NCBI GenBank assembly: GCA_964559765.1
Contig: CAZLHU010000001.1
Coordinates: 75,600-139,599 of the forward strand
DNA length: 64,000 nucleotides
Source: an uncultured Candidatus Saccharibacteria bacterium
GTDB lineage: Bacteria > Patescibacteriota > Minisyncoccia > UBA6257 > Colwellbacteraceae
Direction of reading: 5' to 3'
The notes under the pieces: generated by a model
What the model saw: only the letters and a program-made list of their open reading frames with translations
Databases searched by the model: none
What the model was told of the DNA's origin: nothing
Made by a program: the position numbers and the translations under genes
Part shown: positions 1-9,705 of the stretch, piece after piece
Numbering within the stretch: the first letter of the stretch is position 1
Layout of the letters: each line of letters begins with the position of its first letter

Positions 1-481
1 TTTGCTGCAACAGATCCAGATTGTTAACGTTGTCGAAAAAATCCGATATCTGCGGATGGGCAAGAAGGATCTCAGCCAGGCTCTGATCCCCAGTTTCATA
101 CATACTCTGCAGAGCGCCCGCTAAGTTGACCTTACTAGTGCTTATATTGCTCTCAGTGGTGCCGATCTGCGAGTTTGTTACCTGTATCTCTCCATTTAGC
201 TCGTTGAGCGATATATTGATCGCCTTTATCTGCAGATTTATCTTGGCGATGTTCGCGTTCAGGGTATCTATTTCCGTAGTAAGGCTCTTGCCCTGCTTCT
301 CATAGTTGGAGATCGTAGTTTGGTCGGCTGATATCTGGCTTTCAAGCTGCTGTAATTGAGTCTCCAGCGCTTGGCGCTGCGCATCAGTCGAGCTGGTTGA
401 TGTCGCGGTGCTCCCGGCCGTAACTGGAGCCAGAGCAGATGTGAGAAACAGGAAGGGCAACATAACAGCGAGGAATGTCAT
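1..481 (-). CDS. Partial (5' part only; runs off the window start) secreted coiled-coil protein, PcsB/EnvC-like N-terminal domain
   Basis: My own translation of the minus strand from the ATG at ~481 gives MTFLAVMLPFLFLTSALAPVTAGSTATS... (signal peptide), then ~130 aa of heptad-like Q/L/E/I-rich coiled coil (QRQALETQLQQLESQIS...). The ORF track misses it because it is truncated by the window edge. The architecture resembles the N-terminus of cell-wall hydrolase regulators, but the catalytic domain, if any, lies outside the window. Confidence 0.5.
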   Translation of the reverse strand, partial: MTFLAVMLPFLFLTSALAPVTAGSTATSTSSTDAQRQALETQLQQLESQISADQTTISNYEKQGKSLTTEIDTLNANIAKINLQIKAINISLNELNGEIQVTNSQIGTTESNISTSKVNLAGALQSMYETGDQSLAEILLAHPQISDFFDNVNNLDLLQQ

Positions 482-692
482 AACTTTCCATTGTTTCGGC
501 ACAATGGGTCGCTTGATAGCGCTAAGGTTTACAAGCGGCTTGCGTTTCGTAAACACATCCACGCCTCCCGGTTTGATGTCACAAATTATTCGGGGTTTAA
601 GCCTCATCTCTACTACATTTTACGCCTTATAGGAGTTATCGCAAAGACAATATCTTTAATGCGCCTATCGGGCTATAAAAAGAGGCTTATTT

Positions 693-1349
693 CTAAGCCT
701 CTTTTTCTGTACTCTCCGCTGCCTTAGCCTGTCTTTCAGCCTTTTTCTCTTCAGTCTCTACCACAACATCCTCTGGGGTTATTGTAGGAGCAACAACCTC
801 CTCCTCAACCTGTTCAGTGATGCTGGCAACAACCGTATCTGGTTCTATTATATATTCGAATTTTTTGCTTTGGATCAAATCGCGGACGTATATGCTGTCG
901 CCTATCTTAGCAAGCTTGGTCAGGTCAACCACTATAAATTCCGGCAGGTCTTGCGGCAAAGCCTTAACTTCGACTGCGTCCATGGCCTTAATGAGAATTC
1001 CATTCTCTTTAATCGCCGGCGACTCGCCCTCAAAACGCAATGGGATTTCAGTCTGCAACTCCTCCTTCATGTTAACTTGGTAGAAATCGATCGCCAGCAC
1101 CTCGTCCTTAATACGGTCACGCTCGACGTAATAGATCAAAACCGGAACCGGCTTGCCACCAACCATAACGGTTATAACTGTGTTCTCGCCGGCCGTACGA
1201 TAGGCTTTTTCGAATTCACGGGCGTTCACGGCCAAATGTACGTTGGGAATGCCGTGGCCATAAAGCTCAGCTGGAATCAAGCCTGTCTTGCGCAATGCGG
1301 CGCTAGCCTTGCCTAGGGCAGTCCTATTTTCTGTCTTTAGTTCTATCAT
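693..1349 (-). CDS. rplY: 50S ribosomal protein L25 / general stress protein Ctc (long form with acidic C-terminal tail)
   Basis: 218-aa ORF; the N-terminal ~190 aa match the L25/Ctc beta-barrel family (ELKTENRTALGKASAALRKTGLIPAELYG...), and the C-terminal E/K/A-rich tail is typical of Ctc-type L25. Confidence 0.8.
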   Translation of the reverse strand: MIELKTENRTALGKASAALRKTGLIPAELYGHGIPNVHLAVNAREFEKAYRTAGENTVITVMVGGKPVPVLIYYVERDRIKDEVLAIDFYQVNMKEELQTEIPLRFEGESPAIKENGILIKAMDAVEVKALPQDLPEFIVVDLTKLAKIGDSIYVRDLIQSKKFEYIIEPDTVVASITEQVEEEVVAPTITPEDVVVETEEKKAERQAKAAESTEKEA

Positions 1350-1406
1350 TTTTCACAAAGTAGCAATCCCCATTGTAAGGATTAATCAGAGAAACTCAAG
1401 GGGTGG

Positions 1407-2285
1407 CTATAAATCGAGCTTAATCCCGTTAAAAAGGCACAATCTATTAGTCACGATCTTACGTATATTCTCCACGGATGCGGAGACTAGTTTATATGGG
1501 GCGATTTCGTCCGGTTTGTCACGCAGCGCAGTTTCGATGCCATTCCGCCAGGCAAGGCGAAGCTCGGTCGAGACATGGATTATATTCATGCCTGCACTCA
1601 CTGCCGCAATGAAATCTTCGTCAGCCGTTCCTGAGCCGCCATGCAAGGTCATGAATATTCCGCAGGCCTTCTTTATCTCACCGATGAGATTTATGTCGAG
1701 CCGCTTATGCATGTCACCCTTCACCATCGCCTCCAAGAGGCCATGCATGTTTCCGACGGCGGGCGCTAGAACGTCGACGCCGGTTTCTTTCACAAAACGA
1801 ACCGCCTCTTCCGGAGTAGATAGCTTTAGCGAGTTCTCGGGGCGGCTTTGTATAATCTCGGAAGATGAACCTATATAGCCTATCTCGCCTTCAATAACTA
1901 TACCTGGATTTATGGATCTGATTATACGTACAGCCTCCCTGGTTTGGGATATATTCTCCTCGAAGCCCAATGCCGAACCATCGAATAGTATCTCATCGAA
2001 GCCAGCCTCGGCGGCTTCTTTAACCTTATCCAGAGAATGGGTGTGATCGGCATTGAGATAAATCGGGAAATCGTATTGTTCCCTGTATGATTTGATAAGT
2101 GCGGCCACCGTCTTCACTCCGATAAATTCCCTTTCGCCCTCGGAGACGCCTATTAGTACCGGCAGCTTCAATTCTACGGCTGCAGAAGTTATTCCATTGA
2201 ATGCCCCCAGGTCAGATATATTGAAATGACCGATTGCAACTTTGCGGCTATCCGCGTCGATTAATGCCTCGTGGAGAGTTTTCAT
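1407..2285 (-). CDS. fba: Class II fructose-bisphosphate aldolase
   Basis: 292 aa with class II aldolase motifs (AIGHFNISDL, LNADHTHS, HGGSGT). It sits at the downstream end of the sugar-phosphate gene cluster. Confidence 0.8.
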   Translation of the reverse strand: MKTLHEALIDADSRKVAIGHFNISDLGAFNGITSAAVELKLPVLIGVSEGEREFIGVKTVAALIKSYREQYDFPIYLNADHTHSLDKVKEAAEAGFDEILFDGSALGFEENISQTREAVRIIRSINPGIVIEGEIGYIGSSSEIIQSRPENSLKLSTPEEAVRFVKETGVDVLAPAVGNMHGLLEAMVKGDMHKRLDINLIGEIKKACGIFMTLHGGSGTADEDFIAAVSAGMNIIHVSTELRLAWRNGIETALRDKPDEIAPYKLVSASVENIRKIVTNRLCLFNGIKLDL

Positions 2286-3292
2286 ATTTTTTTCGGCAAA
2301 TAATCTTTTGGCGCTTTTTTGAGGAGCGAGAGTAGCTCGGGCTTCGACAGCAATCCCGTCTGTGCACCGAAATATTGGACAACATGCATTGATTCTATTG
2401 GGGCCCAGCGCAATGCATCCTTAATAGATAGGCCGTACACCAGTCCGCAGAAGAATCCCGTTGAAAAGGCGTCTCCCGCTCCGGTGCGCGAGATTGGTGG
2501 TCTTGGATCGGGATAGGACGGCATGAAATACTTATCGGCTCCGTCGGACGCGTACGCGCCCCCAGGGCCATCAGTAATTACTACGACCTTCGGTCCAAGT
2601 TTGTGCAACCCCGCAAAGAGGGGCATGATATCCTCATTTTTGCTGTGCAGAATGAACTGCGCCTCCTCGCGGTTAACGAAAAGAACATAAGTGTGTTTAT
2701 ATATTTCGCGCAGCTTATCCGCGCCGAAGCGCAGTTGGAACGTGCCTGGATTGAATCCCATCTTGATCTCCGGATGCTTCTTCAGATATTCCGCGACCTT
2801 CTTATGGAACGGCAGGGTATGCTCTGCGATGGAGGAAAAATATATCCAACCGGTGTTTGAATCTATCTTCCGAGGATCGTAATACTCAAATTTCTCGTGC
2901 TTGATGAGGATGGTCCGTTCCGCTTTATAATTCAGAACAAAGTGATAGTTTGTAGGTTTGTCTTTATTGACCCTCACATATTCGCAACTTACGCCTTCTT
3001 TGTGATAGCGATTTTGTATTTCGGTGCCATAGTGGTCTCCGCCTACCGCAGTTATTATCGCTGTCTTAAGGCCTAGGCGGCTTGCGCCTACGGCGACATT
3101 GGACGCATTTCCCACCGCCGGCGCCACCGTGAGAGATTTATACGGGATCTTATCCGCGAATGACATCGAAATCCGCGGGTGTTCATGCGCCTTGTCCCAT
3201 TCTATGCGTGCTTCCTTGTCCTCAAGTGTGATAAAGGCATCCATCACCACGTCGCCGATACACACGACGTCATATTTATTTTTCTTAGCCAT
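2282..3292 (-). CDS. PfkB-family carbohydrate/sugar-phosphate kinase
   Basis: 336 aa with an N-terminal GD..MD motif and a C-terminal TGAGDAF ribokinase-family signature. It overlaps the fba start by 4 nt and probably phosphorylates a sugar or phosphosugar within the pentose-phosphate cluster. Confidence 0.7.
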   Translation of the reverse strand: MAKKNKYDVVCIGDVVMDAFITLEDKEARIEWDKAHEHPRISMSFADKIPYKSLTVAPAVGNASNVAVGASRLGLKTAIITAVGGDHYGTEIQNRYHKEGVSCEYVRVNKDKPTNYHFVLNYKAERTILIKHEKFEYYDPRKIDSNTGWIYFSSIAEHTLPFHKKVAEYLKKHPEIKMGFNPGTFQLRFGADKLREIYKHTYVLFVNREEAQFILHSKNEDIMPLFAGLHKLGPKVVVITDGPGGAYASDGADKYFMPSYPDPRPPISRTGAGDAFSTGFFCGLVYGLSIKDALRWAPIESMHVVQYFGAQTGLLSKPELLSLLKKAPKDYLPKKI

Positions 3293-4337
3293 TGATTCTG
3301 TTTATAGCTTTTTTTACCGCTGCTTTTACATCTTTGACGCCCATGCCGTACTTTTCAATGAGCTCATTGGGCTTGCCCGACTCGCCATACACATCCTGCA
3401 TCCCAACGAATTCAATCGGCACCGGAAGTTCCTTAGCTAGAAGTTCTGCTACGGCGCTGCCCATTCCCCCCATAACTTGGTGCTCTTCGACGGTTACAAC
3501 TGCGCCGCACCGCTTGACCGCTCCTACTATGCCCACGCTATCAATTGGCTTGATGCTTTGATTGTTTACAACGATGACGTTGATTCCCTCCGCCTCCAAT
3601 TCTTTCGCGGCCACCAATGACTGATAGACCAACTGGCCGCAGGCTATTATTGCCACCTTGGGATTTTCCGAATCCCAGAATACCTCTGCCTTACCCGGGG
3701 AATAGGGGGACTCTTCGGTAGTTATTATCGGCGACTTCTCCCTGCCGAAGCGTATATAGACCGGACCCGCCATATGAGCAGCAGCCAATGTAGCCTTCTT
3801 GGCCTCGATCGCGTCACAGGGTACTAGGACCGTCATATTGGCCATTACACGCATGGTCGCAATATCCTCGACTGCCTGATGGGTCGCCCCGTCTGGGCCG
3901 ACTGATATCCCGGCATGGTGTCCGGCAATTTTAACATTGGAACCATTATAAGCTATGGTCGTGCGGATCTGTTCCCAATTCCGTCCGGGCGAGAACGCGG
4001 CGTAGGAAGAGATAAAGGCGATTTTCCCCGAGACACCCAGGCCTGCGGCGATCGTCGCCAGGTTTTGTTCGGCAACCCCCACTTCGAAAAAGCGTTCTGG
4101 GAATTTCTTGGCGAAGGCATCCGCCCGGGTAGACTCGGTCAGGTCGGCGCACAGCACGACTATATTTGGATCTTTTTCTCCAGCTATAACTATGCCCTGG
4201 CCGTAACCGTCCCGGGTCGGTTTCATTTCGACGTCGGTGTCGAACAGTTTAGGATTTAATTTCTCTTCTGGCCTTATCATTCTTTTTTTTATTATTGGAC
4301 GCTCCCCCGTTTCTTGGCATACCGCTGTACAAGCCAT
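3285..4337 (-). CDS. Transketolase, C-terminal (pyrimidine-binding) subunit of a split transketolase
   Basis: Matches transketolase Pyr and C-terminal domains (GVAEQNLATIAAGL, FISSYAAF). The true start is probably the internal Met (MIRPEEKLNPKLF, near 4280), which removes the overlap with the upstream membrane-protein gene. Confidence 0.85.
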   Translation of the reverse strand: MACTAVCQETGERPIIKKRMIRPEEKLNPKLFDTDVEMKPTRDGYGQGIVIAGEKDPNIVVLCADLTESTRADAFAKKFPERFFEVGVAEQNLATIAAGLGVSGKIAFISSYAAFSPGRNWEQIRTTIAYNGSNVKIAGHHAGISVGPDGATHQAVEDIATMRVMANMTVLVPCDAIEAKKATLAAAHMAGPVYIRFGREKSPIITTEESPYSPGKAEVFWDSENPKVAIIACGQLVYQSLVAAKELEAEGINVIVVNNQSIKPIDSVGIVGAVKRCGAVVTVEEHQVMGGMGSAVAELLAKELPVPIEFVGMQDVYGESGKPNELIEKYGMGVKDVKAAVKKAINRING

Positions 4338-4825
4338 ATGCTCCCGCCGATCACAAGGGCGGCGATCACCAAACCGATGAAAAATTTCAACTGATCGTTA
4401 ACACTCCCCCAACCACGGCTATAGCCGTAGATAATACTGCACAGGCCTGCGATCATTATTCCAATCGGAACGCTCTGCGCGGCGATTGAAGTTGCGAACA
4501 GCAGCCAGAAGCCGATGGCGAAAACGATCACTCCGACTATGTTGGCTATTATGAATATATTCCTGTTGTAAATCTGTATCTGGTTAGAATAAGTTTGCTG
4601 TTCCTGATTGAATTGGTTGTTGGCTGCCGCTTGCGCCGCTGCGGCAGCATTTTCCTGGGCTATGCATTGCATATCGCTATTAGCGCATTGCTGAATCGGA
4701 GCGACGGGCGTGTTGGGGAACGTCGGCGGCTGCGGCATAGGATAGAACGCCTGGATGCCAAGCGTGATCAATGCCACGAGGATGATTGCCGTACCAAGAC
4801 CGATAACGAAATTCACTACTTTCAT
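4292..4825 (-). CDS. Hypothetical membrane protein (N-terminal TM helix, Q/A-rich linker, three C-terminal TM helices)
   Basis: 177-aa hydrophobic ORF inserted between the two transketolase subunit genes. No recognisable family from sequence alone. Confidence 0.45.
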   Translation of the reverse strand: MKVVNFVIGLGTAIILVALITLGIQAFYPMPQPPTFPNTPVAPIQQCANSDMQCIAQENAAAAAQAAANNQFNQEQQTYSNQIQIYNRNIFIIANIVGVIVFAIGFWLLFATSIAAQSVPIGIMIAGLCSIIYGYSRGWGSVNDQLKFFIGLVIAALVIGGSIWLVQRYAKKRGSVQ

Positions 4826-4833
4826 TTTATATT

Positions 4834-5691
4834 TTATTGCTTCTCCGATTCTATCTTAGCTTGGGCGGCCCTCAGTTCTACTAGGGCCCTTTCTCCTTCC
4901 TCTTTGGTCGGGGGCTTGCCGTGCCAGGTGTAATCCCCCTCCATGAAACTTACTCCTTTGCCGGGAATAGTGTGGGCGATTATGACCGTCGGCTTCTCAT
5001 ATATGATCTTTGCTTCGTCTACTGCACTGATTATCTCCTCGAAATTATGGCCGTCTATTTCAAGAACATGCCAGCCGAAAGACTCGTATTTCTCCTTAAG
5101 CGGCTCCAGAGGCATGACGTCTTCGGTAAATCCGTCTATCTGTATGTTATTGCGGTCTATTACTACGATAAGGTTGTTAAGCTTGTGCTTACCCGCAAAC
5201 ATCAGCGCTTCCCAGGTATTCCCTTCTTCATGCTCTCCGTCCGAGGTCAGACAGTATATGCGATGCTTGTTCCCGTCCAACTTCGACGCAAGAGCCATGC
5301 CAATTGCCTGGCTGATCCCCGAACCCAGCGGGCCAGAGGTGGTCTCGACTCCGGGAAGAGCCTGACGGTGAGGGTGTCCCTGTAATCGCGAGTTTATTTT
5401 GCGGAGAGTTTTTAACTCCTCCATTGGGAAATAGCCAGCATAGGCCATAGCCACATAGCGGACCGGACAGATATGCCCGTTCGACAGGACCAACCTATCG
5501 CGTTCCGGCCAATCCGGCCTCTTGGGGTCGTGATTCAGGATATGAAAATAAAAGGCTGTGAAAATATCGGCCATACCCAAAGGCCCGGCCGTATGCCCGG
5601 AACCAGCCTCTACTAAAGTTTCGATTACGGTTTCCCTAATCTTGACCGCCGTATCTTGGAGAAGATGCAATTTATCCGTACTTAGTGCCAT
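4834..5691 (-). CDS. Transketolase, N-terminal (thiamine-diphosphate-binding) subunit
   Basis: 285 aa with a GHTAGPLGMAD TPP-binding motif and GDG..EG. This is the N-terminal half of a split transketolase. Confidence 0.85.
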   Translation of the reverse strand: MALSTDKLHLLQDTAVKIRETVIETLVEAGSGHTAGPLGMADIFTAFYFHILNHDPKRPDWPERDRLVLSNGHICPVRYVAMAYAGYFPMEELKTLRKINSRLQGHPHRQALPGVETTSGPLGSGISQAIGMALASKLDGNKHRIYCLTSDGEHEEGNTWEALMFAGKHKLNNLIVVIDRNNIQIDGFTEDVMPLEPLKEKYESFGWHVLEIDGHNFEEIISAVDEAKIIYEKPTVIIAHTIPGKGVSFMEGDYTWHGKPPTKEEGERALVELRAAQAKIESEKQ

Positions 5692-5746
5692 GCAGTCAAA
5701 TTATACCACAGGAGTTTGTGGCGCTCCTGAGTATTTAAGGGCACGA

Positions 5747-6385
5747 CTAGCAGCTTGTAAGTTCCTTGTACGCCCGTTTCGGGTCAGGGCCGCTGAAGAT
5801 GTATGTTGCCGAAGCAACGGCCGTGGCCCCAGCCGCGCCGAGCGACCTACACACATCCAGATCTATGCCGCCATCAACCTCGATTACTGCCGTTGGGCGG
5901 CTCTTTTCGATGAACCTAACCTTGTCTATCGCCCCAGACTGAAACTTCTGGCCGGCTGGCCCCGGACTCACGGCCAGGACTTGAAATGCCGTGAAAGAAG
6001 ACAGATACGGTATCAGGTTTTCTGCCGGCGTCGACGGGGAAATGGACAGCATTATTTCCGTCCCGTATTTGCGGGATTCGTTCAGCACCGACCCCGGATC
6101 TTTCATCGTCTCCAATGGGATTATTACCCTATCCGCTCCGGCGCCCATCCACGACCTAGCTGCTTCCTCCGGCTCTTGGACCATCAGATGTATCTCAAAA
6201 TGCATTCTTGGAAATTGTTGCTTTAGACCACTGAGCACGGAAGGGTCGCCCCATGTTTTTCCTGGCGCGAATTGACCGTCGCTTATATCTATGTGCACCC
6301 AATTGGAAAAATCCGCGGCCTTTTTTATATTGGCATTGGCGGTCTCGGCGTCGCGGCAATTTATGACTGGCAGCACTAGCATCAC
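5747..6385 (-). CDS. rpe: Ribulose-phosphate 3-epimerase
   Basis: 212-aa TIM-barrel protein with Rpe motifs (HIDISDGQF, HLMV, VDGGI). Confidence 0.85.
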   Translation of the reverse strand: MMLVLPVINCRDAETANANIKKAADFSNWVHIDISDGQFAPGKTWGDPSVLSGLKQQFPRMHFEIHLMVQEPEEAARSWMGAGADRVIIPLETMKDPGSVLNESRKYGTEIMLSISPSTPAENLIPYLSSFTAFQVLAVSPGPAGQKFQSGAIDKVRFIEKSRPTAVIEVDGGIDLDVCRSLGAAGATAVASATYIFSGPDPKRAYKELTSC

Positions 6386-6843
6386 TGATTCTTTATGTTT
6401 TGTTCCAACTCTCTTATTTTATCCAGGCGACGCTTGTATCTGGCATCCGTCGATATCGGAGTCTGCAACCAGACGCTTACTATCCTTTTAGCCACGTCCA
6501 ATTCAAGAAAGTCCGCGGGCAGAGCAAGAACGTTAGTCGCGTCGTCCGCCTTCGAAGCGCCGGCCTGATCGGGAGAAAACGACAAAGCAGACCTTACCGC
6601 CCTAAACTTATTAGCCACCACGTCCACGCCCACGCCGGAACCGCAGATCACTATCCCCTCGCTGCCGGTCGGATCGGCGCTGACCTTCGCAGCGACAGCC
6701 GCCGCGAAATCCGGGTAATCGTCATCCTCCTCATATTTTGAATTTCCAAGGTCGGAGACCGAGTAGCCGAGGTTCTTAACATATTCGATTATGATTTTCT
6801 TTAATTCGAATCCGCGGTGGTCCGCGCCTATGTATATGATCAT
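6382..6843 (-). CDS. rpiB: Ribose-5-phosphate isomerase B
   Basis: 153-aa RpiB/LacAB family protein (IYIGADHRGFELK, ICGSGVG). Its stop overlaps the rpe start by 4 nt. Confidence 0.85.
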   Translation of the reverse strand: MIIYIGADHRGFELKKIIIEYVKNLGYSVSDLGNSKYEEDDDYPDFAAAVAAKVSADPTGSEGIVICGSGVGVDVVANKFRAVRSALSFSPDQAGASKADDATNVLALPADFLELDVAKRIVSVWLQTPISTDARYKRRLDKIRELEQNIKNQ

Positions 6844-6848
6844 TTAAA

Positions 6849-7655
6849 CTACTTCATTATGGCCTGTACCAGGGCGGCCGCCCCATAGGTCAAAATCGAT
6901 ACCGTTCCGAGCAATATCGGCGCGACGACTCCCCATATCGCAATGAAAGTGAATCCAATCCTGCCGTTCAATATTCTGGTGCCGACTATTTCCGGGCGCA
7001 ACTGTCTGAGATTGTCGTAGATCCCAAGTTCGTATATCACAAGGTATGGCGCCAGCAATATCTCGAATATGAAACTTGAGGCTATCGCCCCAGACTGGCC
7101 TCCGGCAGAGCCTAGAACGCCGGCCACAATGGATACGATAAGTCCTACTAAAATCAATACAACGAATCTCCAAACCAGCTGCCAGAAATATCCGCGGATG
7201 TATTCCTTTGACTTAAGCATGGCCCCTAATCCACGGTCGCCCTCAACCACGAAGACGTATGCCGCCAGAGTGAACCATACTGTGAAAATTAAGGCTGGAA
7301 CGACCAATAGAAAAAGTCCTCCGATCATTATCACCATGCCCAATATGACCACCCACAGATACCTGAAGAAGATGCTCTCTGCATAGCGGTAGCTTTCATT
7401 GAATTGCTTGCTGTTGTGCACGGCATAGATCAGCGCCAGCGTCGATAAAAGCGAAAGAAGGACGCCGTCGAAGGTCATAAAATCGCCTATCCCCTTCAGG
7501 AACACGTTGTTGAAAATATTAAGGTAATCGCCGATTGCGAGTACCAGCGACGGGATTATTGGTATCCACACCAAATCATTGAACCGACTGACATACCTCT
7601 TCCAGCTGCCGCCGATGAGCCGACCGACTGGAAGAAGTTCTTTAGAAGAGTCCAT
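6849..7655 (-). CDS. Hypothetical polytopic membrane protein
   Basis: 268 aa with about 6 predicted TM helices. It lies between gap and rpiB; the family is not determinable from sequence alone. Confidence 0.45.
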   Translation of the reverse strand: MDSSKELLPVGRLIGGSWKRYVSRFNDLVWIPIIPSLVLAIGDYLNIFNNVFLKGIGDFMTFDGVLLSLLSTLALIYAVHNSKQFNESYRYAESIFFRYLWVVILGMVIMIGGLFLLVVPALIFTVWFTLAAYVFVVEGDRGLGAMLKSKEYIRGYFWQLVWRFVVLILVGLIVSIVAGVLGSAGGQSGAIASSFIFEILLAPYLVIYELGIYDNLRQLRPEIVGTRILNGRIGFTFIAIWGVVAPILLGTVSILTYGAAALVQAIMK

Positions 7656-7667
7656 TCCAATAAATTA

Positions 7668-8693
7668 TTATATTAATTTTGAGAGCGCCTGAACGTGCTT
7701 TATTAAGGTGCTGACATAACCAGCTTCGTTGTCATACCAGGAAAGCACCTTTACCAAATCGCCGTCGATCACTTTCGTTAGGTCTAAAGGAACGATTGCG
7801 CCATAAGGTTCGCCGATTATGTCGGAGGAAACCAATGGATCCCTGGTGACCTTCATTATCCCCTGCCATCTGGGCGATGCTGCGGCATCGGTCAATATCT
7901 GGTTGACCTCTTCGACGCTCGTCTTTCGCTTTGCAAGAAAAGTGATATCGGATATGGAGCCAGTGATATTCGGCACGCGAAACGATACTCCGTCGAATTT
8001 ATCCTTAAGCTCTGGTATGGCCCTAGCCACGGATATCGCCGCTCCAGTCGTCTCCGGAACTGTGTTCTGGGCAGCCGCGCGGCCCTTTCTGAAATCGTGT
8101 CCGCCGCGGATCGGCCCGTCGACAATGCTCTGGGTTGCGGTATATGCGTGCACCGTTGAGAGAGTGGCTTTGATAATCCCCGGATTATCAGACAGTATCT
8201 GTATGACCGGCGAGGCAGAATTGGTCGTGCACGATCCGTTCGAGGTTATTGAACAGGATTTCATCTTGTCCTCGTTTACCCCCATAAGCACAGTCTGGCC
8301 ATCTGGCCCGTCATCATCCTTGGCTGGTGCCGTTATCACGACTCGTTTGGCTCCCGCCTGGAGATGAACCTTTGATTTGTCATAGCCGTCGAATAATCCG
8401 GTAGATTCCACCACTATGTCTATGCCAAGGTCCTTCCATGGCAATTGCGCCGGATCCTTGATCTGCAGGAAAGCTATTTCTTTGCCGTCCACTATCAACT
8501 TGGAGTTCTGTGAATCCGCTTTGACCTCTTTGTCATATCGCCTATAGACGGTGTCATACTTAAGCAGGTAGCCAAGATTCTCGACGTCTCCTAAATCATT
8601 TATAGCGACCACATCGACGCCCGGGATCTCAAAGGCCTGTCTGAAGAACAAACGACCTATCCTACCGAAACCATTTATCGCTATCCGTGCCAT
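7668..8693 (-). CDS. gap: Glyceraldehyde-3-phosphate dehydrogenase (type I)
   Basis: 341 aa with an INGFGRIGR Rossmann motif and an active-site SCTTN segment. Confidence 0.9.
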   Translation of the reverse strand: MARIAINGFGRIGRLFFRQAFEIPGVDVVAINDLGDVENLGYLLKYDTVYRRYDKEVKADSQNSKLIVDGKEIAFLQIKDPAQLPWKDLGIDIVVESTGLFDGYDKSKVHLQAGAKRVVITAPAKDDDGPDGQTVLMGVNEDKMKSCSITSNGSCTTNSASPVIQILSDNPGIIKATLSTVHAYTATQSIVDGPIRGGHDFRKGRAAAQNTVPETTGAAISVARAIPELKDKFDGVSFRVPNITGSISDITFLAKRKTSVEEVNQILTDAAASPRWQGIMKVTRDPLVSSDIIGEPYGAIVPLDLTKVIDGDLVKVLSWYDNEAGYVSTLIKHVQALSKLI

Positions 8694-8716
8694 TTGATTA
8701 CATTATATGCTGACTC

Positions 8717-9226
8717 CTAGTAGCTTCCAAGATTCATCTGTACGGTGTCCCCAATCTTCAGACCCAGACTGGCCACCTCGCCCGAGTTTATCTCTATTAC
8801 CTTGTCCACTAGGCCAGGTGAGGTGTAGATCGGCAGGTCGCCGGTACTGGTTGAGTTTAGGGTCGCAGGGGTGGGCATGTTTTGTTCGAAACCGACTATC
8901 TTATCTCCGTTTATCCAGATTAGGTCTATCGGAAACTCCATATTTATCATCCAAAAGTACTGGATGCCGGGAGCATCGAACACAAACAGCATGCCGTCAT
9001 TCTTGCCCAGACTGGGTCTTCCTGATAGGCCCTGGTTCTGTTCGGCTTGGGTCGTCGCCACCTCGAGCTCGAATTGCTGGCCGCCTATCGTCGCCGTTGT
9101 GGTCGGCAACGAAGATTTGATATTCGTTTGATGCTCGTCTACAAAATGACGCACCATCAATCCGGCCAAAACAAGGACTATGATCGAAAAAATAGTTATT
9201 ATGGCTAATTTTTTGTTAGTATCCAT
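8717..9226 (-). CDS. DUF192 (COG1430) family secreted/membrane-anchored protein
   Basis: 169 aa with an N-terminal TM anchor followed by a DUF192-like core (GLSGR...MLFVF...FWM.NM.FPIDLIWI). Confidence 0.55.
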   Translation of the reverse strand: MDTNKKLAIITIFSIIVLVLAGLMVRHFVDEHQTNIKSSLPTTTATIGGQQFELEVATTQAEQNQGLSGRPSLGKNDGMLFVFDAPGIQYFWMINMEFPIDLIWINGDKIVGFEQNMPTPATLNSTSTGDLPIYTSPGLVDKVIEINSGEVASLGLKIGDTVQMNLGSY

Positions 9227-9230
9227 GGAA

Positions 9231-9701
9231 TTAATTGTACATGAGTTGGAATATCGCTACGCCGAACGTCACCGAAACATTCAGTGATTCCTTTCGTCCC
9301 TTCATCGGTATCTCCAATATCTTATCCGCTCGACGCAATATGGATTGCGGCAGACCGTTAACTTCATTCCCCAGGACGAGCGCCGTCTTGGCTCCTAAAT
9401 TTTTGGCTCTGATTTTAAAGTAGGGCGTCGATTTTTTATCCTGCTCGATCGCGATTATCTTCCATTTGTCATTTTTAAGGCGATCGATCAGTCTTGCGGT
9501 GTTGGCGGCTTTCTCCCACGGCACGGACTTTTCCGCGCCCAGCGAGACCTTGGCTAATTGCGGACGGATTCGGCCGAACTTATCCAGCGGTCCCGGAGTT
9601 ATCCCGCAAAGGTATATTTTCCCCACGCCGGCGGCATCGGCCGTGCGAAATATGGAGCCTACATTGTACAAGCTCCTTATGTTATGGAGTATGACGATCA
9701 T
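9231..9701 (-). CDS. SpoU/TrmH-family RNA 2'-O-methyltransferase
   Basis: 156-aa SPOUT-fold protein (NIGSIFRTADAAGV, LVLGNEVNGL, IPM.G..ESLNVSV). Confidence 0.7.
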   Translation of the reverse strand: MIVILHNIRSLYNVGSIFRTADAAGVGKIYLCGITPGPLDKFGRIRPQLAKVSLGAEKSVPWEKAANTARLIDRLKNDKWKIIAIEQDKKSTPYFKIRAKNLGAKTALVLGNEVNGLPQSILRRADKILEIPMKGRKESLNVSVTFGVAIFQLMYN

Positions 9702-9705
9702 CCGA

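Noticed and set aside
408-727. Plus-strand ORFs 408..632 and 491..727
   Set aside because: They overlap the 5' end of the real minus-strand secreted-protein gene and the rplY downstream region. They show no motifs and their composition is typical of antisense or noise frames.
5558-6226. 222-aa plus-strand ORF spanning the tktN/rpe junction
   Set aside because: It is antisense to two well-supported genes and Arg-rich, with no motifs.
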